Shown in pieces: positions 11,268-22,073 of a stretch of 64,000 bases of DNA. Positions within the stretch are counted from its first letter, which is position 1. Each line of letters begins with the position of its first letter. The notes below the pieces were generated by a model that searched no databases, was not told the DNA's origin, and worked only from the letters and a program-made list of their open reading frames with translations. The translations under genes and the position numbers were made by a program. This DNA comes from an uncultured Actinomycetes bacterium (GTDB taxonomy: Bacteria; Actinomycetota; Thermoleophilia; UBA2241). The DNA lies in NCBI GenBank assembly GCA_963725665.1, contig CAVRZA010000004.1, forward strand, positions 32,001 through 96,000, written 5' to 3'.

Positions 11268-12218
11268 ATGGCCGAGATGCTCGTGTACTCAGAGAAGCAG
11301 CAGACCGCCCTGGAGCTCCTCTCCAAGGGTACGGAACTGGCCTCGGCGCTGGGGCTCACGCTGACGGCTGCCGCCCTGGGGCCCGGTGCGGCGGCCGAGG
11401 CTGCTGCGCTCGGCGCCGCAGGCGCCGAGCGCATCTACGTATGCGAAGACGCGGCGCTGGAGGGTCTGCAGATCGACGTCCTCGCCGACGCCCTGGCGCA
11501 GATCGTCAAAGAGGGGGAAGCGAGCCACGTGCTCCTCGGCTCCACACGTCGCGGACGCGAGCTCGCCGGCCGACTGGCGCAGAAGCTCGAGGCCGGCTGC
11601 GTGACCGACGTCAGCTCCCTCGCGCTCGAAGACGGCGCGCTGGTCGCGGGGCGTTACGCCCTCGGCGGCAACACCGTGCAGCGCGAGACCGTCGACACAC
11701 CGGTGAGGGTGTTCGCCGTCATGTCCAAGACCTTCGAGGCCGGCGAGGGCGCCGCCGGTGCCGGTGAGGTCGTCACGCCGTCGCTGCAGCTCCTACCGTC
11801 GTTCGTGAAGGTGGCCGAGCGGCGGCCGAAGGAGGGCGCCGCCGTGAACCTCGACGCCGCCGAGCGCATCGTCTGCGTGGGGCGCGGGTTCGCCAAGCGC
11901 GAGGACCTGCCGATCGGCGAGGAGCTCGCAGCGGCCATAGGAGCCGAGCTGGCGTGCACTAAGAGCCTGGCCGACTTCCAGTGGCTGCCCGAGGAGCGCA
12001 TCATCGGCCTCTCGGGCGCCAAAACCAAGCCCGAGCTCTATCTGGCCGTCGGCATCTCGGGACAGATCCAGCACACCGTCGGCATCAGCTCGGCGAAGCT
12101 GATCACGGCGATCAACAAGGACAAGGACGCGCCCATCTTCGCCCTTGCCGACTACGGCATCGTCGGCGACCTCTACCAGGTCGTGCCGGCGCTCGTCGAG
12201 AAGCTGAGGTCGATGTAG
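11268..12218 (+). CDS. fixB: Electron transfer flavoprotein alpha subunit (FixB/EtfA)
   Basis: KPELYLAVGISGQIQHTVG, AINKDKDAPIF, DYGIVGDL. Confidence 0.92.
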   Translation: MAEMLVYSEKQQTALELLSKGTELASALGLTLTAAALGPGAAAEAAALGAAGAERIYVCEDAALEGLQIDVLADALAQIVKEGEASHVLLGSTRRGRELAGRLAQKLEAGCVTDVSSLALEDGALVAGRYALGGNTVQRETVDTPVRVFAVMSKTFEAGEGAAGAGEVVTPSLQLLPSFVKVAERRPKEGAAVNLDAAERIVCVGRGFAKREDLPIGEELAAAIGAELACTKSLADFQWLPEERIIGLSGAKTKPELYLAVGISGQIQHTVGISSAKLITAINKDKDAPIFALADYGIVGDLYQVVPALVEKLRSM

Positions 12219-12410
12219 ATGTGCGAGGCCGGCGGGCGTGCCCGCCGGCCTCGCCTGAAGGCGGCCCCGGCCGCGAGAGACGGCGCGCGTCGGGGCTGAC
12301 TGGGGCGGGGCGCCGTGCACGGCGCCCCGCCCCGACTTGTCTGCGCACGGCGTGTCCCGTGCTCCGGCGGGCCGCCCTCGGGCGGACCTTCGAAACGCCG
12401 GCTCCCGCCC

Positions 12411-14081
12411 TCAACCCAGGATCGTGAGGCTCACGCACGACGGAGTCTCGCCGCCAGTGGCGAGCGTCTGCTGGTTGGCCTTTCCGTCGGTTGCGAACCA
12501 GGGGTTCTCGTCGGTCCCGGGGTGCCAGAGGTAGAGGGGGAAGTCGCTCGAGGCGACGTGCAGCCGCAGGCGATGGCCCGGCTGCAGCCGGTACCCGGTG
12601 TGGCTCATCGTGATCTCGATCGGCTGCCCGAACTCCGATGCCCGGACGAGCCGCTGGCCGCGCACCAGCATGTGTGTCGCCCCGTCGGGATCGACGTCGC
12701 ACAGCTTGGCGAAGACGTGCATCGAGGGACCGCTCGACCCGACGGTCAGCCACGCCGAGACCGGGCCCGCGAGGTCGAGCGCGCTCAGAGACGGGCTCAC
12801 CCGTGAAGGTGAGCACGTCGTCGCGCCGCTCGACCTCGCGCTCGTCCGGCCACTCCAGCAGGAACGCGAACGGGTTAGCGACCGACGAGGGCACAAGGTC
12901 GGCGGGGTCGTGCACCCAGCGGGCGACCGCCGCCCCGGCCTCCGCGGAGGCTGCGAGCGCGCCGCCTTCGGGTCCCGAGGCGGCGCGCTCGGCCGCCCCA
13001 AGGTACAGCCGCAGCTCGCGAGCACCCGGCGGCGGCCATGTCGGGGAGCTGCGCCACTCCTCGTGGCCGAGGAACCACTCCGCCGCCGGGATGTTTGCCG
13101 CGTCACCCTCCCCTTTGAGGAAGACGTCGAAGAAGGTCAGGCCGGGCCCCAGGTACACGGGCAGCATGCGCGCCAGCGCCTCGTCGTTGGTGTCGTGGTC
13201 GTCCTCGCGGCGAGACGGGCACCTCGCGCAGGTGGTAGTTCTCGTGGTCGGTGGCGTCGGCATTGAGGTACTGCATGCCCGCTACCTCCGCGTGCCCACG
13301 CAGCGCCGTGTAGTCCTCGAACGAGGCCGGCGCGATGTTGTCGAACCAGCCCACCGAGTGCAGCACGGGGATCCTCAGGCGGTCGAACGGGTGGCCGGTC
13401 GGGTACTGAGCGATGCCCTGCGGGCCGGTCATGCGCGTCATGAGGTCGAAGCTCGCCGCGCGCGCGCCGATCGCCGCGAAGCCTTCGATCGAAGGCCTCC
13501 GCCAGCGGTCTGTGCCCGTAGTCCCCCTCGTAGAAGTGGATCATCCGGTCGACCCAGTAGTGGGCCAGGTAGTCGGCGCCGTAGAGCTCCACGACGCTGT
13601 CGCCCCACCACGAGGTCAGCACCTTGAGATCTGAGCTCGTCACGCGCGGCACGATGGCCTTGAGAGCCGGGTGGCCGCTGGCCACGGCCGCCCACTGCGT
13701 GAAACCGTAGTAGGAGTCGCCGAACATCCCCACGAGGCCGTTGGACCAGCTCTGGGCGATGACCCACTCCAGCGTGTCGTAGCCGTCGTCGACCTCGTGC
13801 ACGAAGGGCATGGTCTCGCCCTCGGAGCGGAACTTGCCGCGCACGTCCTGCACGACGAACGCGTAGCCGCGCTCGGTGAAGTAGGGCGCGCACTGCGGCA
13901 TGAACGTGTAGCGGCCGCACTTGTCGTAGGGCAGGCGCACCAGCACGGCGGGGAGCCGCCCGGGCCGGGCGGGGAAGTAGACGTCGGTGGCGAGGCGCAC
14001 GCCGTCCCGCATCGGCACCATCACCTGCTCGGCCGCCGGGTCGAGCGGCGCGGGCCGCAGGGTCTCCAGTGCGATCGCCAT
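12411..14081 (-). CDS. CocE/NonD-family hydrolase (several frameshifts)
   Basis: MRDGVRLATDVY, VQDVRGKFRSEG, GDSYYG nucleophile, VGWFD, GHRLRLHVASSDFP. Confidence 0.85.
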
Positions 14082-14107
14082 CACGTCTCCTTCGTTCGGA
14101 CGAGTCG

Positions 14108-15067
14108 CTATCCGGGGTGGCTGCCTGCCGGCGGCTCGGCGGCCTCGGCTGTCGCTTCCTTCGGTCTCGCGGGCGCTCGCCGGGCACTCTCGGCGGCCAG
14201 GTCGGCGCTCATCGAGTCGAGGAACCGCGTGCGCACCGGCTTCCATCCGCGGCGCGGCACCGCGAGCAGCAGGGCCTTCGTGTAGGGGTGTTGCGGGTCG
14301 TCCAAGACGCTGTCGGTGGGTCCGCGCTCGACGATCGCGCCGCGGCGCATGACCACGGCCTCGTCGCTGACCTGGCGCACCACCGCCAGGTCGTGTGAGA
14401 TGAACAGGTAGGTCACGCCGGTCTGCTCGCGGATGTCGGCGAGCAGGTTGAGCACCTGGGCCTGGACCGAGACGTCGAGCGAGGCCACCGCCTCGTCGAG
14501 GATCAGGACGCGGGGCTGCGAGGCGAGGGCGCGCGCGATGGCGACGCGCTGCTGCTGGCCTCCAGAGAGGGCGCGCGGATAGACGCCCGCGTGACGCTCG
14601 TCGAGGCCCACCTGGAGGAGGAGCTCCATGACCCGCGCGTCGCGTTGCGGGCGGCTCAGGTCGAAGTGCAGCCGCAAGACCTCGTCGAGGCAGTCGCGCA
14701 CCTTCTGTCTCCGGTCGAGGGAGGAGTAGGGGTCCTGGAAGACGATCTGCACCTCGCGGCCGAGCCGCCGCCGCTCCTTGGAGCCGAGACGGCCCGAGCC
14801 GCGTTCGCGATCGCCGATGTAGATGCGCCCCGAGGTGGGCTGCTCGAGGCCGATGATCATGCGTGCCGTCGTCGTCTTGCCGGAGCCGGACTCGCCGACG
14901 ATGGCCAGCGAGCCGCCCGGCGCGACGGCGAAGGAGACGTCGTCGACGGCGACCACGTCGCCGCCGTGCCGTCCGCGGAAGACCTTGGTGAGCCCCTCGA
15001 CTCGTACAGCCTGGTCGAGTCGCGGGTCGGTGCCGCCTGCCGCGGCTCTCGTCATGTCGTCAGCCAT
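14108..15067 (-). CDS. Oligopeptide/dipeptide ABC ATPase (OppF-like)
   Basis: GESGSGKT, LSGGQQQR, ILDEAVASLD, HPYTKALL. Confidence 0.9.
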   Translation of the reverse strand: MADDMTRAAAGGTDPRLDQAVRVEGLTKVFRGRHGGDVVAVDDVSFAVAPGGSLAIVGESGSGKTTTARMIIGLEQPTSGRIYIGDRERGSGRLGSKERRRLGREVQIVFQDPYSSLDRRQKVRDCLDEVLRLHFDLSRPQRDARVMELLLQVGLDERHAGVYPRALSGGQQQRVAIARALASQPRVLILDEAVASLDVSVQAQVLNLLADIREQTGVTYLFISHDLAVVRQVSDEAVVMRRGAIVERGPTDSVLDDPQHPYTKALLLAVPRRGWKPVRTRFLDSMSADLAAESARRAPARPKEATAEAAEPPAGSHPG

Positions 15068-16101
15068 CGATGTCACCGCCTGGGGCGTCATCGCTGCCGA
15101 GAACGCCGTCGCCCGTGTAGGCGTCGGCGAGTCGCCCGCGGAGCTCCTCGGCGCGAACGCAGCGCACGCGCCCGCCGTCGAGCTCGCGCAGCGCCGGCAG
15201 CTCGTCGCGGCAGCGCTCCTCGACGAAGGGGCAGCGCGAGGCGAAGGGGCAGCCCTGCTCGACCTCGAAGGCCGAGAGCGGCCGGCCGGGGATGGCCCAC
15301 AGCCTCGCGGGTGCGCTGTGTCGGGCTGGGCCGCGAGGCCATGAGGCCGGCGGTGTAGGGGTGGCGGGCTTCCTCGTGGAGGCTCTCGGCACGCCGGTCC
15401 TCCACGAGGAAGCCCGCGTACATCACGGCGATGCGGTCGCAGACGGCGGCGGCAAGCTCGAGGTCGTGAGTGACGAAGATCATGCCCAGACCGCGCTGCC
15501 GCCGCTGCTCGTCAAGGATGGCCATCACCTCGGCCTGCGTCGTCACGTCGAGCGAGGTCGTGGGCTCGTCGGCCAGCAGCAGACGCGGCTTGATCGCCAG
15601 AGCGGCGGCGATCATGACGCGCTGCAGCAGGCCGCCCGAGAGCTCGTGCGGATACTGGGCGAGGCGGCGGCTCACGTCGCTGATGCCGACATCCTGAAGG
15701 ATGCCGGCCACCGTCTCCCGCGCCTTCGCCGGCTGCACGCCGTTGTTCGTCACGAGCGCCTCGGTGAGGAAGTCGCCGATCTTGCGCACCGGGTTGATGT
15801 GCGTGGTGGGGTCCTGAAAGATCATCGCTGCGTCGGAAGCTTGGAAGCGGCGCATGGCTTCGCGATCGAAGCCAAGGATGTCGGCGCCGTCGAAGAGGAT
15901 CTCGCCGCTGGTAGTGGCGCCCAGAGGCAGCAGGCGCATGATGGCGCGCACTGTCATCGACTTGCCGGCCCCGGATTCGCCCACCAGCCCCAGCGCTTCG
16001 CCGGCGTCGACCGACACCGTGGTCTCGTGGATCACCGGACGCGGCTCGTCATCGACGAGCAGCTCCACGTGCAGGCCCCTGATCTCGAGCAGAGCGCTCA
16101 T
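15060..16101 (-). CDS. Oligopeptide/dipeptide ABC ATPase (OppD-like; frameshift near 15310)
   Basis: GESGAGKS, LSGGLLQR, ADEPTT; C-terminal GCPFASRC lies in a shifted frame. Confidence 0.88.
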
Positions 16102-16153
16102 CCGAGGTCTGCCCTCGCGTGGAGTACCACGGCGCGCTCGTCGAGAAGGCCGC

Positions 16154-17014
16154 TCACTGTGCGCGCACCGAGAAGCGCGAGGCGAGGCGGTCGCCCAGCA
16201 GGTTGAAGGCGACCACGGTCGCCACGATCAGCAGTCCGGCGTAGAGCGACTCCTCCGGGTAGCCCGTGAGGATCGAGGCTTGGCCGTTGGCGACCATGAG
16301 CCCCCACTCCGGTGTCGGCGGCGCCACGCCCAAGCCCAGGTAGGACACCGCGGCGAGATCGACGAGCGCGTAGCCGAACGACAGCGTCGCCTGCACGAAG
16401 ACGAACGGCAGGATGTTGGGCAGCAGGTGCCGCGCCGTGATGGTGCGCGTCGGCAGGCCCTCTACGTAGCACGCCTGGATGTAGGGAAGGTTGCGTTCCC
16501 GCAGTGCGACGCTGCGCAACACGCGCGCGTCGTAGGGCAGGTAGGCGATCGATAGGGCGATCACGGGGGCGGCGAGGCCCGGGCCGAAGATGGCCACGGC
16601 GAGGATGGCGAAGATCAGCCCCGGGAAGGCAAACAGGATATCGAGCACGCGCGAGGTCACGCCGTCGAACCAGCCGCCCATCCAGGCCGCAAGGATGGCC
16701 AGGGTGGTGCCCACCACGGTGGCGATGACGACGATCAGTGCCGGGCCGAGCAGGCTCAGACGGGCGCCCCAGATCAGCCGCGAGAGCAGGTCTCGCCCCA
16801 AGGCGTCGGTGCCAAGCAGGTGGCTGGCCGATGGGCCCTCGTGCGCGGCTAGGATGTCGACCTGGTTGGGGTCGTGCGGAGCGATCCATGGCGCCAGCAG
16901 GGCGACCGCCACGATGACGACTATGAAGGCTGCACACCCGAGCAGCACCCAGTCTCGGCGCCGGGGCTTGGTCGTAGGCCGAGCACGTGCGGAGATCGCC
17001 GCCTCGCCGGCCAT
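16154..17014 (-). CDS. ABC permease (OppC/DppC-like)
   Basis: HLLGTDALGRDLLSRLIWGAR, SYLGLGVAPPTPEWG. Confidence 0.92.
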   Translation of the reverse strand: MAGEAAISARARPTTKPRRRDWVLLGCAAFIVVIVAVALLAPWIAPHDPNQVDILAAHEGPSASHLLGTDALGRDLLSRLIWGARLSLLGPALIVVIATVVGTTLAILAAWMGGWFDGVTSRVLDILFAFPGLIFAILAVAIFGPGLAAPVIALSIAYLPYDARVLRSVALRERNLPYIQACYVEGLPTRTITARHLLPNILPFVFVQATLSFGYALVDLAAVSYLGLGVAPPTPEWGLMVANGQASILTGYPEESLYAGLLIVATVVAFNLLGDRLASRFSVRAQ

Positions 17015-17015
17015 C

Positions 17016-17954
17016 TTAGCTTGACCTCGAGAGGCGCAGGCGTGGGTCGAGCAGGCTGTTCACCAGGTCGACGACCGCGTTGGCGATGACGAAGGTAGCC
17101 ACCAGTAGCAGCGAGATCGCCTGGACGACGGCGAAGTCCTTTTGCGAAGCGGCCTGTACGAGAAACGACCCCAGGCCGTTGAGCCCAAACGCCTGCTCGA
17201 CCACGACGGCGCCGGCGATGAGTCCAGCGACAGTCAGGCCGGCAACCGTGGTGATGGGGATCAGGGCGTTGCGAAAGACGTGGCGACGCACGATGAGCGG
17301 CCAGGGGATGCCGCGGCTACGGGCCGTCTCGACGTGCTCGCGGGCGAGCTCCTCGCGCACGGACGCCTTGGTGATCTGCATGACGTAGGCGACCCAGGCA
17401 AAGGCGAGCGCGATTGCCGGCAAGGTGAGATGCCACAATCGATTCACGAAGCCTGTGCCCGAGCCGAAGACGGGGAACCAGCCGAGGTTGACGGCGAAGA
17501 CCGTGATCAGGACGATGGCCGCGACGAAGGCCGGGGTCGCCATGCCGATCGCCGTGCCCACGGTGACGACGCTTCCGAGACGCCGCCGCAGTGCCGAGAA
17601 GAGTCCCAATGTGATGCCGATGCCGAGGATGAGGATGGCGGCGTAGAGCACGAGGAAGACCGTGTTGCCGACGCGCGGCCCAAGCAACGTGGTGACGTTC
17701 TGGCGGTAGACGAAGGACTGTCCGAGGTCGCCGTGCAGCACACCGGTGAGCCAGGCCCAGTAGCGGCTCCAGACGGGGTCGTTGAGGTGATTTTGGATGC
17801 GGATCTGCTCGAGGACGGCCGGCGTCGCGTGCCCCCCGGCGAGTATCGTGGCCGGGTCGCCGGGGGCGAGGTAGAGGGCACCGAAGATCAGGAAGCTGGC
17901 GACGAGCAACGTGACGATCAGGGCGCCGAGACGCTGGGCGACGAAACGAGCCAT
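17016..17954 (-). CDS. ABC permease (OppB/DppB-like)
   Basis: PGDPA, GDLGQSF, TARSRG, RHVFRNALIP. Confidence 0.92.
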   Translation of the reverse strand: MARFVAQRLGALIVTLLVASFLIFGALYLAPGDPATILAGGHATPAVLEQIRIQNHLNDPVWSRYWAWLTGVLHGDLGQSFVYRQNVTTLLGPRVGNTVFLVLYAAILILGIGITLGLFSALRRRLGSVVTVGTAIGMATPAFVAAIVLITVFAVNLGWFPVFGSGTGFVNRLWHLTLPAIALAFAWVAYVMQITKASVREELAREHVETARSRGIPWPLIVRRHVFRNALIPITTVAGLTVAGLIAGAVVVEQAFGLNGLGSFLVQAASQKDFAVVQAISLLLVATFVIANAVVDLVNSLLDPRLRLSRSS

Positions 17955-18016
17955 TCAGCTAGACCTGCTCAGCTCTTCACACCTGCTTCGCGGCGTCCCT
18001 CTCGTCGGTCAACTCG

Positions 18017-19708
18017 TTACTGCGTTCCCCCGATCATCGCGAGGCCGGGGATCCACATGTAGGCGAACGAGGCAGGAGCCCCGCTGATGCGGTTGTTCAT
18101 GAAGAGGATCTCCGCGTCCATGGCCAGGGGGATCGCGACCATATCGTTGGTGTAGATCTTCTGTGCCTCAACGATGAGGTTTGCCCGCTTCACTGGGTCA
18201 TAGGTCTGACGCGCGAGCTCAAGGTTCTTCTCCACCTGGGTGTTCCTGTAGTTGATCCAGTTGAACAGGGCGCCCTCACCGATGAAGAGTGACGTGTAGT
18301 CGAGCGGATCAGGTACGTCGAGCCAGCCGAGGGTCATGGCCATGTCGATGCCCTTGCGGTACGACGGCACGTAGAAGTAGTTCGAGAGGTCCATCGGCTG
18401 CATCTGCTTGAGGTTGATCGTCATGCCGATGTCTTTCGCTGCCTGCTGCACGATGCTGGCCAACTCGAGCTCACGTTGGTCCCCGGCGAGCACTGCCATC
18501 ACCATCGGCTTGCTGGCGCCCGTCTGGCCGGCGACGATCTGCTTGGCGCCGGCCACGTCGGGCGTGCCGCCGGGCAGTGCGTCGAACGCCTGCTTGTAGA
18601 CGCTGAGCGCCTCAGGATCCCAGGCGGTCGGCGGCGTGAGGGTCTTGTTGACGACGGCCGCCCCATTGAAGACCTTCTCGACGATGGCCGGCCTGTTGAT
18701 GGCCATGGCGAGGGCCTTGCGCAGCTGTGGGTTGCCCATGGGGCCCTTGTTGTTCGAGATGGCGATCTCGGAGACCGAGAGGCTGGGGCCGAAGTACAGC
18801 TTGCCGTTCGAGGTGGACTTGAGGGGCGGGATGCTGGTCGGCGGCACCTCGTAGGCGCCGTCGATCTCGCCCGAAAGCAAGGCGTTCGTGATCGTGCTCG
18901 TGTCGACGATGAACTTGAGAGTGACCTTCTGCACCTTGGGCTGCAGATTCGGGTCCCAGTAGCCTGGGTTGGCCTCGAGCACGATCTCGCTGCCAGACTT
19001 CCAGCTCACCAGCTTGTAGGGCCCGCTGCCCATCACGTTCGCGCCCGAGCCGTACTTGGCCTCGCCGACCTTCTGCACGTAGGCCTTCTCGACGATGCCG
19101 CCCGCGTCGGTGCCCATCTCTTTGTTGAAGAGTTCGTCGGGCTTAGCGAACTTGACGGTCATTTCCCAGGGTCCGGTCTGCGTGATGCTCTTCACGTTGC
19201 TGTAGAAGGCGATCCAGATCGATCCCGTCTCGGGGTCCATGTTGCGCTTGAGGCTGAAGATGACGTCATCGACGGTGACCGGGTTGCCGTCCCAGAACTT
19301 GGCGTCCTGGCGGATGGTGTAGACGATCGTCAATTCGTCAGGCTGCGTCCACGATTCGGCGATCCCGGGACCGAGCTTCCAGTCCGGCGAGTAGCGCACC
19401 AGCGTGTCGTGAAGCTGCGAGCTCACGAAGCAGGGGCTGTAGTCGCCCGCCTTCAGAGGATCGAGCGTGGTCGGCTCACCGAGGGTCAGGTCCCAGGTGA
19501 TCTGGTCGACCGTGCCTGTGCCCGGCGGCGTCGTGCTCTGCAGCGTGACGCCGGGCGTCGTCGCGCCCGGAGAGGGCGACGTCGCTTTCGACCCGCACCC
19601 TGCGGTCGCCGCCGTTGCCAAGAAGAGAACGACGACGACCCCTGCGATAAGGAAAGCCCGCGACGTGCACTTGTTCGGGGCCGTCCGGCCCTTCACCCTT
19701 GCGCTCAT
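18017..19708 (-). CDS. Family 5 ABC substrate-binding lipoprotein
   Basis: Signal peptide with lipobox-like TAGC; AKFWDGNPVTVDDVIFS, GSGPYKL. Confidence 0.9.
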   Translation of the reverse strand: MSARVKGRTAPNKCTSRAFLIAGVVVVLFLATAATAGCGSKATSPSPGATTPGVTLQSTTPPGTGTVDQITWDLTLGEPTTLDPLKAGDYSPCFVSSQLHDTLVRYSPDWKLGPGIAESWTQPDELTIVYTIRQDAKFWDGNPVTVDDVIFSLKRNMDPETGSIWIAFYSNVKSITQTGPWEMTVKFAKPDELFNKEMGTDAGGIVEKAYVQKVGEAKYGSGANVMGSGPYKLVSWKSGSEIVLEANPGYWDPNLQPKVQKVTLKFIVDTSTITNALLSGEIDGAYEVPPTSIPPLKSTSNGKLYFGPSLSVSEIAISNNKGPMGNPQLRKALAMAINRPAIVEKVFNGAAVVNKTLTPPTAWDPEALSVYKQAFDALPGGTPDVAGAKQIVAGQTGASKPMVMAVLAGDQRELELASIVQQAAKDIGMTINLKQMQPMDLSNYFYVPSYRKGIDMAMTLGWLDVPDPLDYTSLFIGEGALFNWINYRNTQVEKNLELARQTYDPVKRANLIVEAQKIYTNDMVAIPLAMDAEILFMNNRISGAPASFAYMWIPGLAMIGGTQ

Positions 19709-19883
19709 GTCCCCAAACCCCCTTGTCGGCCTCGACACCTTTAGTAGAGGAGTCTTGGCAACGGTACCTAACACATCGAGGCAGTGCAACGAGCCGCACA
19801 TGCGGCAGTAGGAAGCGGCGGCTAGACGATCGTCAACGTGCGTGGGAACACGGCCGGCAACTCGATCCCTTCGTCGGTCATGA

Positions 19884-20237
19884 TCATGGTGTCAACGATG
19901 CCGCAACCTTCGTGCAGCACTCGGCCCTCTCGAGAAAGCCCATAGCGACGCCGATGTGGTGGCGCTTGCTCGCCTCCAGAATGCGGTCGACGTACTTGCC
20001 TTCACGCGGCTCGCTCTGCGACGCGAGAAGCTCCTCCCCCTTTAGGATTCCCGTGAGGTAGAGCTCGGGGAACAGGATGAGATCGGCTCCCTGGGCGGAT
20101 GCTTGACGGATGGCCTCAGCAGCCCTCTCTGAGTTGCGCTCCTTGTCACCGTCGTTGCAGCGCAACTGCGCCAGCGCGATCCTCAGGACTTCGCCGGGTT
20201 GGTCCGTGCGCGAGTCGTCGTCGACTATCGCTTGCAT
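19884..20237 (-). pseudogene. Carbon-nitrogen hydrolase (nitrilase family), N-terminal third only
   Basis: LRIALAQL and ADLILFPELYLTG present; the ORF ends before the catalytic Lys and Cys. Confidence 0.7.
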
Positions 20238-20311
20238 CGTGAGCCCCCTTCTGGTGAGAGACGAGCGCGGGACCGTGACACTGCGAGGTTAGACCACCTT
20301 GGCGAGCGGGG

Positions 20312-21877
20312 CTATCCAGCAACTGGCTCGCCACCCACCAACGTAAGGTCGACGGGGATACCGGGAAGCTCATCCTCGCCGAGCGCGAAAGGATCCTCCC
20401 CGAGCACGATGAGATCGCCGAGCTTCCCGCGTCCGAGGATTCCTCGGTCATCCATATGACAAGCGTAGGCCGCGTCCCGGGTGAACATGCGTAACGCCGC
20501 AGACAGGTCGATGCGTTCCTCAGGGTAGATGAGATTACCGCTTCTCGTACGGTGGGCAAGAGCACAGCGAATGGAGTGCCAAGGGTTGATCGCCTCGGGC
20601 TGGGTGCCGGTGGCGTCCGAGTTGCCCGGAGGGCGAAAACCGAGGCGATGCAGGGTAGCCAGGGGTGTAGCCGCGCTCTCCGGGGCCTGGTCGCCGTAGC
20701 TCCACGTGAATTGGGGCGTGGTTACCGGGATGATTTCCGAGCTTCTCATGCGTTTCAGCAGGTCGGGCTGCGGTTCCAGGTCGCCGACGTGCTCGATGCG
20801 GTGACGATGATCCTTCCTGGGCGACTTGGCGAGGGCGCGTTCGAACGCAGTCAGGGCCATCTCCGCGCCGTTGCGCGTGGGAGCGGTGTGGATCCACACC
20901 TGGAGATTGGCCTCGTGGCTCTTGTGGACCACCTCATCTAGCTCTTCCTGCGTCCACTTGACGTCGCTGACCTCGTTGCCGCTAAGGTCGAATCCCGCGC
21001 CGTCCACGAAGAGCTTGATGCCCCCCAGGGACAGCCATTCGTCGCCGAAACCCGTTTCGAGCCCCACGCGGAGGAGTTCGTCGATGGATCCCAGCCGCGG
21101 CACGTGCAGCCACATGCCGACGCGCACTGGCAGAGCTCTTTCACGATGGAGAAGTTGGAAGGCGTGGATACCGTCGCGCGTGAAGGGTAGCTCGGCAACT
21201 GTGGTCACCCCTCGCGAGCTCCACAGCGCGCGGGCCAAGTCCCGGATCGCATCCGCCGTGGCTTCGCAACCGTACCGAGGTAAGGGCAGCCAGTCCCAGA
21301 GCTCGGTCGCTCTCCCGCTCTCTACGTCAACGACAGACCCTTTCGGCGGCTTTGCTCTTCCGTCGAGAAGGCCGGCCTCTCGCAAGGCCAACGTGTTCAT
21401 GGTGACCGTGTGCAGTCCGGAGAAGACCACACAAGGGTGGCTCCCAACAGCGGCGTCCAGGTCGCCACGAAGGAGCGGCCGGTGTTCCTCGACGAACAGC
21501 TGCAGGGCGAAGTCTGCACGGCCCACGATCCACTGCCCGGGTGGGGTACGGCTGGCCGCGTCGGCGAGCACTCGACAGATTGCCAGAAGAGACGGGTAGG
21601 TCGATGACTGGAGTTGCAGCGCATAGGCAAGGTGCGTTGATGTCAGCTCCAAGTGGGCGTGGGCATCCACGAAGCCCGGAATTGTCACCCTCCCCGCAAG
21701 CTCGATGATGTCAGCGTCGGGGCTGGCGAGCTCTCTGACACCGGCGTCACTGCCGACGGCGACGATGCGACTCCCGCGGACCAGTAATGCCTCGGCCTCG
21801 GGCTGGTCGTCGTTCATCGTGAGCACCCGGCCACCCACGAGTAAGAGCTCCCTGTCGGCGATCGTCCCAGATCCCAA
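20312..21877 (-). CDS. Amidohydrolase family 3 (YtcJ-like)
   Basis: PGFVDAHAH, GIKLFVDG, HRIEH, GILGRGKLGDLIVL; TTG start after GGGAGG. Confidence 0.88.
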   Translation of the reverse strand: MGSGTIADRELLLVGGRVLTMNDDQPEAEALLVRGSRIVAVGSDAGVRELASPDADIIELAGRVTIPGFVDAHAHLELTSTHLAYALQLQSSTYPSLLAICRVLADAASRTPPGQWIVGRADFALQLFVEEHRPLLRGDLDAAVGSHPCVVFSGLHTVTMNTLALREAGLLDGRAKPPKGSVVDVESGRATELWDWLPLPRYGCEATADAIRDLARALWSSRGVTTVAELPFTRDGIHAFQLLHRERALPVRVGMWLHVPRLGSIDELLRVGLETGFGDEWLSLGGIKLFVDGAGFDLSGNEVSDVKWTQEELDEVVHKSHEANLQVWIHTAPTRNGAEMALTAFERALAKSPRKDHRHRIEHVGDLEPQPDLLKRMRSSEIIPVTTPQFTWSYGDQAPESAATPLATLHRLGFRPPGNSDATGTQPEAINPWHSIRCALAHRTRSGNLIYPEERIDLSAALRMFTRDAAYACHMDDRGILGRGKLGDLIVLGEDPFALGEDELPGIPVDLTLVGGEPVAG

Positions 21878-22073
21878 AGTACCCTCCCTTGCTGCACGCA
21901 TTCGGCCGCCGACGAGCGATCGGGATCGACGCCGGCGACAGTCGAGCCGAGGCCGACGAAAACGTGCCCTCACTCTGATGCTACCATTGTGACCACGAGT
22001 TTCTTCGTGGCCGGCGGGTCATACGTGCGGGCAACGCCGGCGACGCGCGGTGTCTTCGATTCGGAGGTGGGGA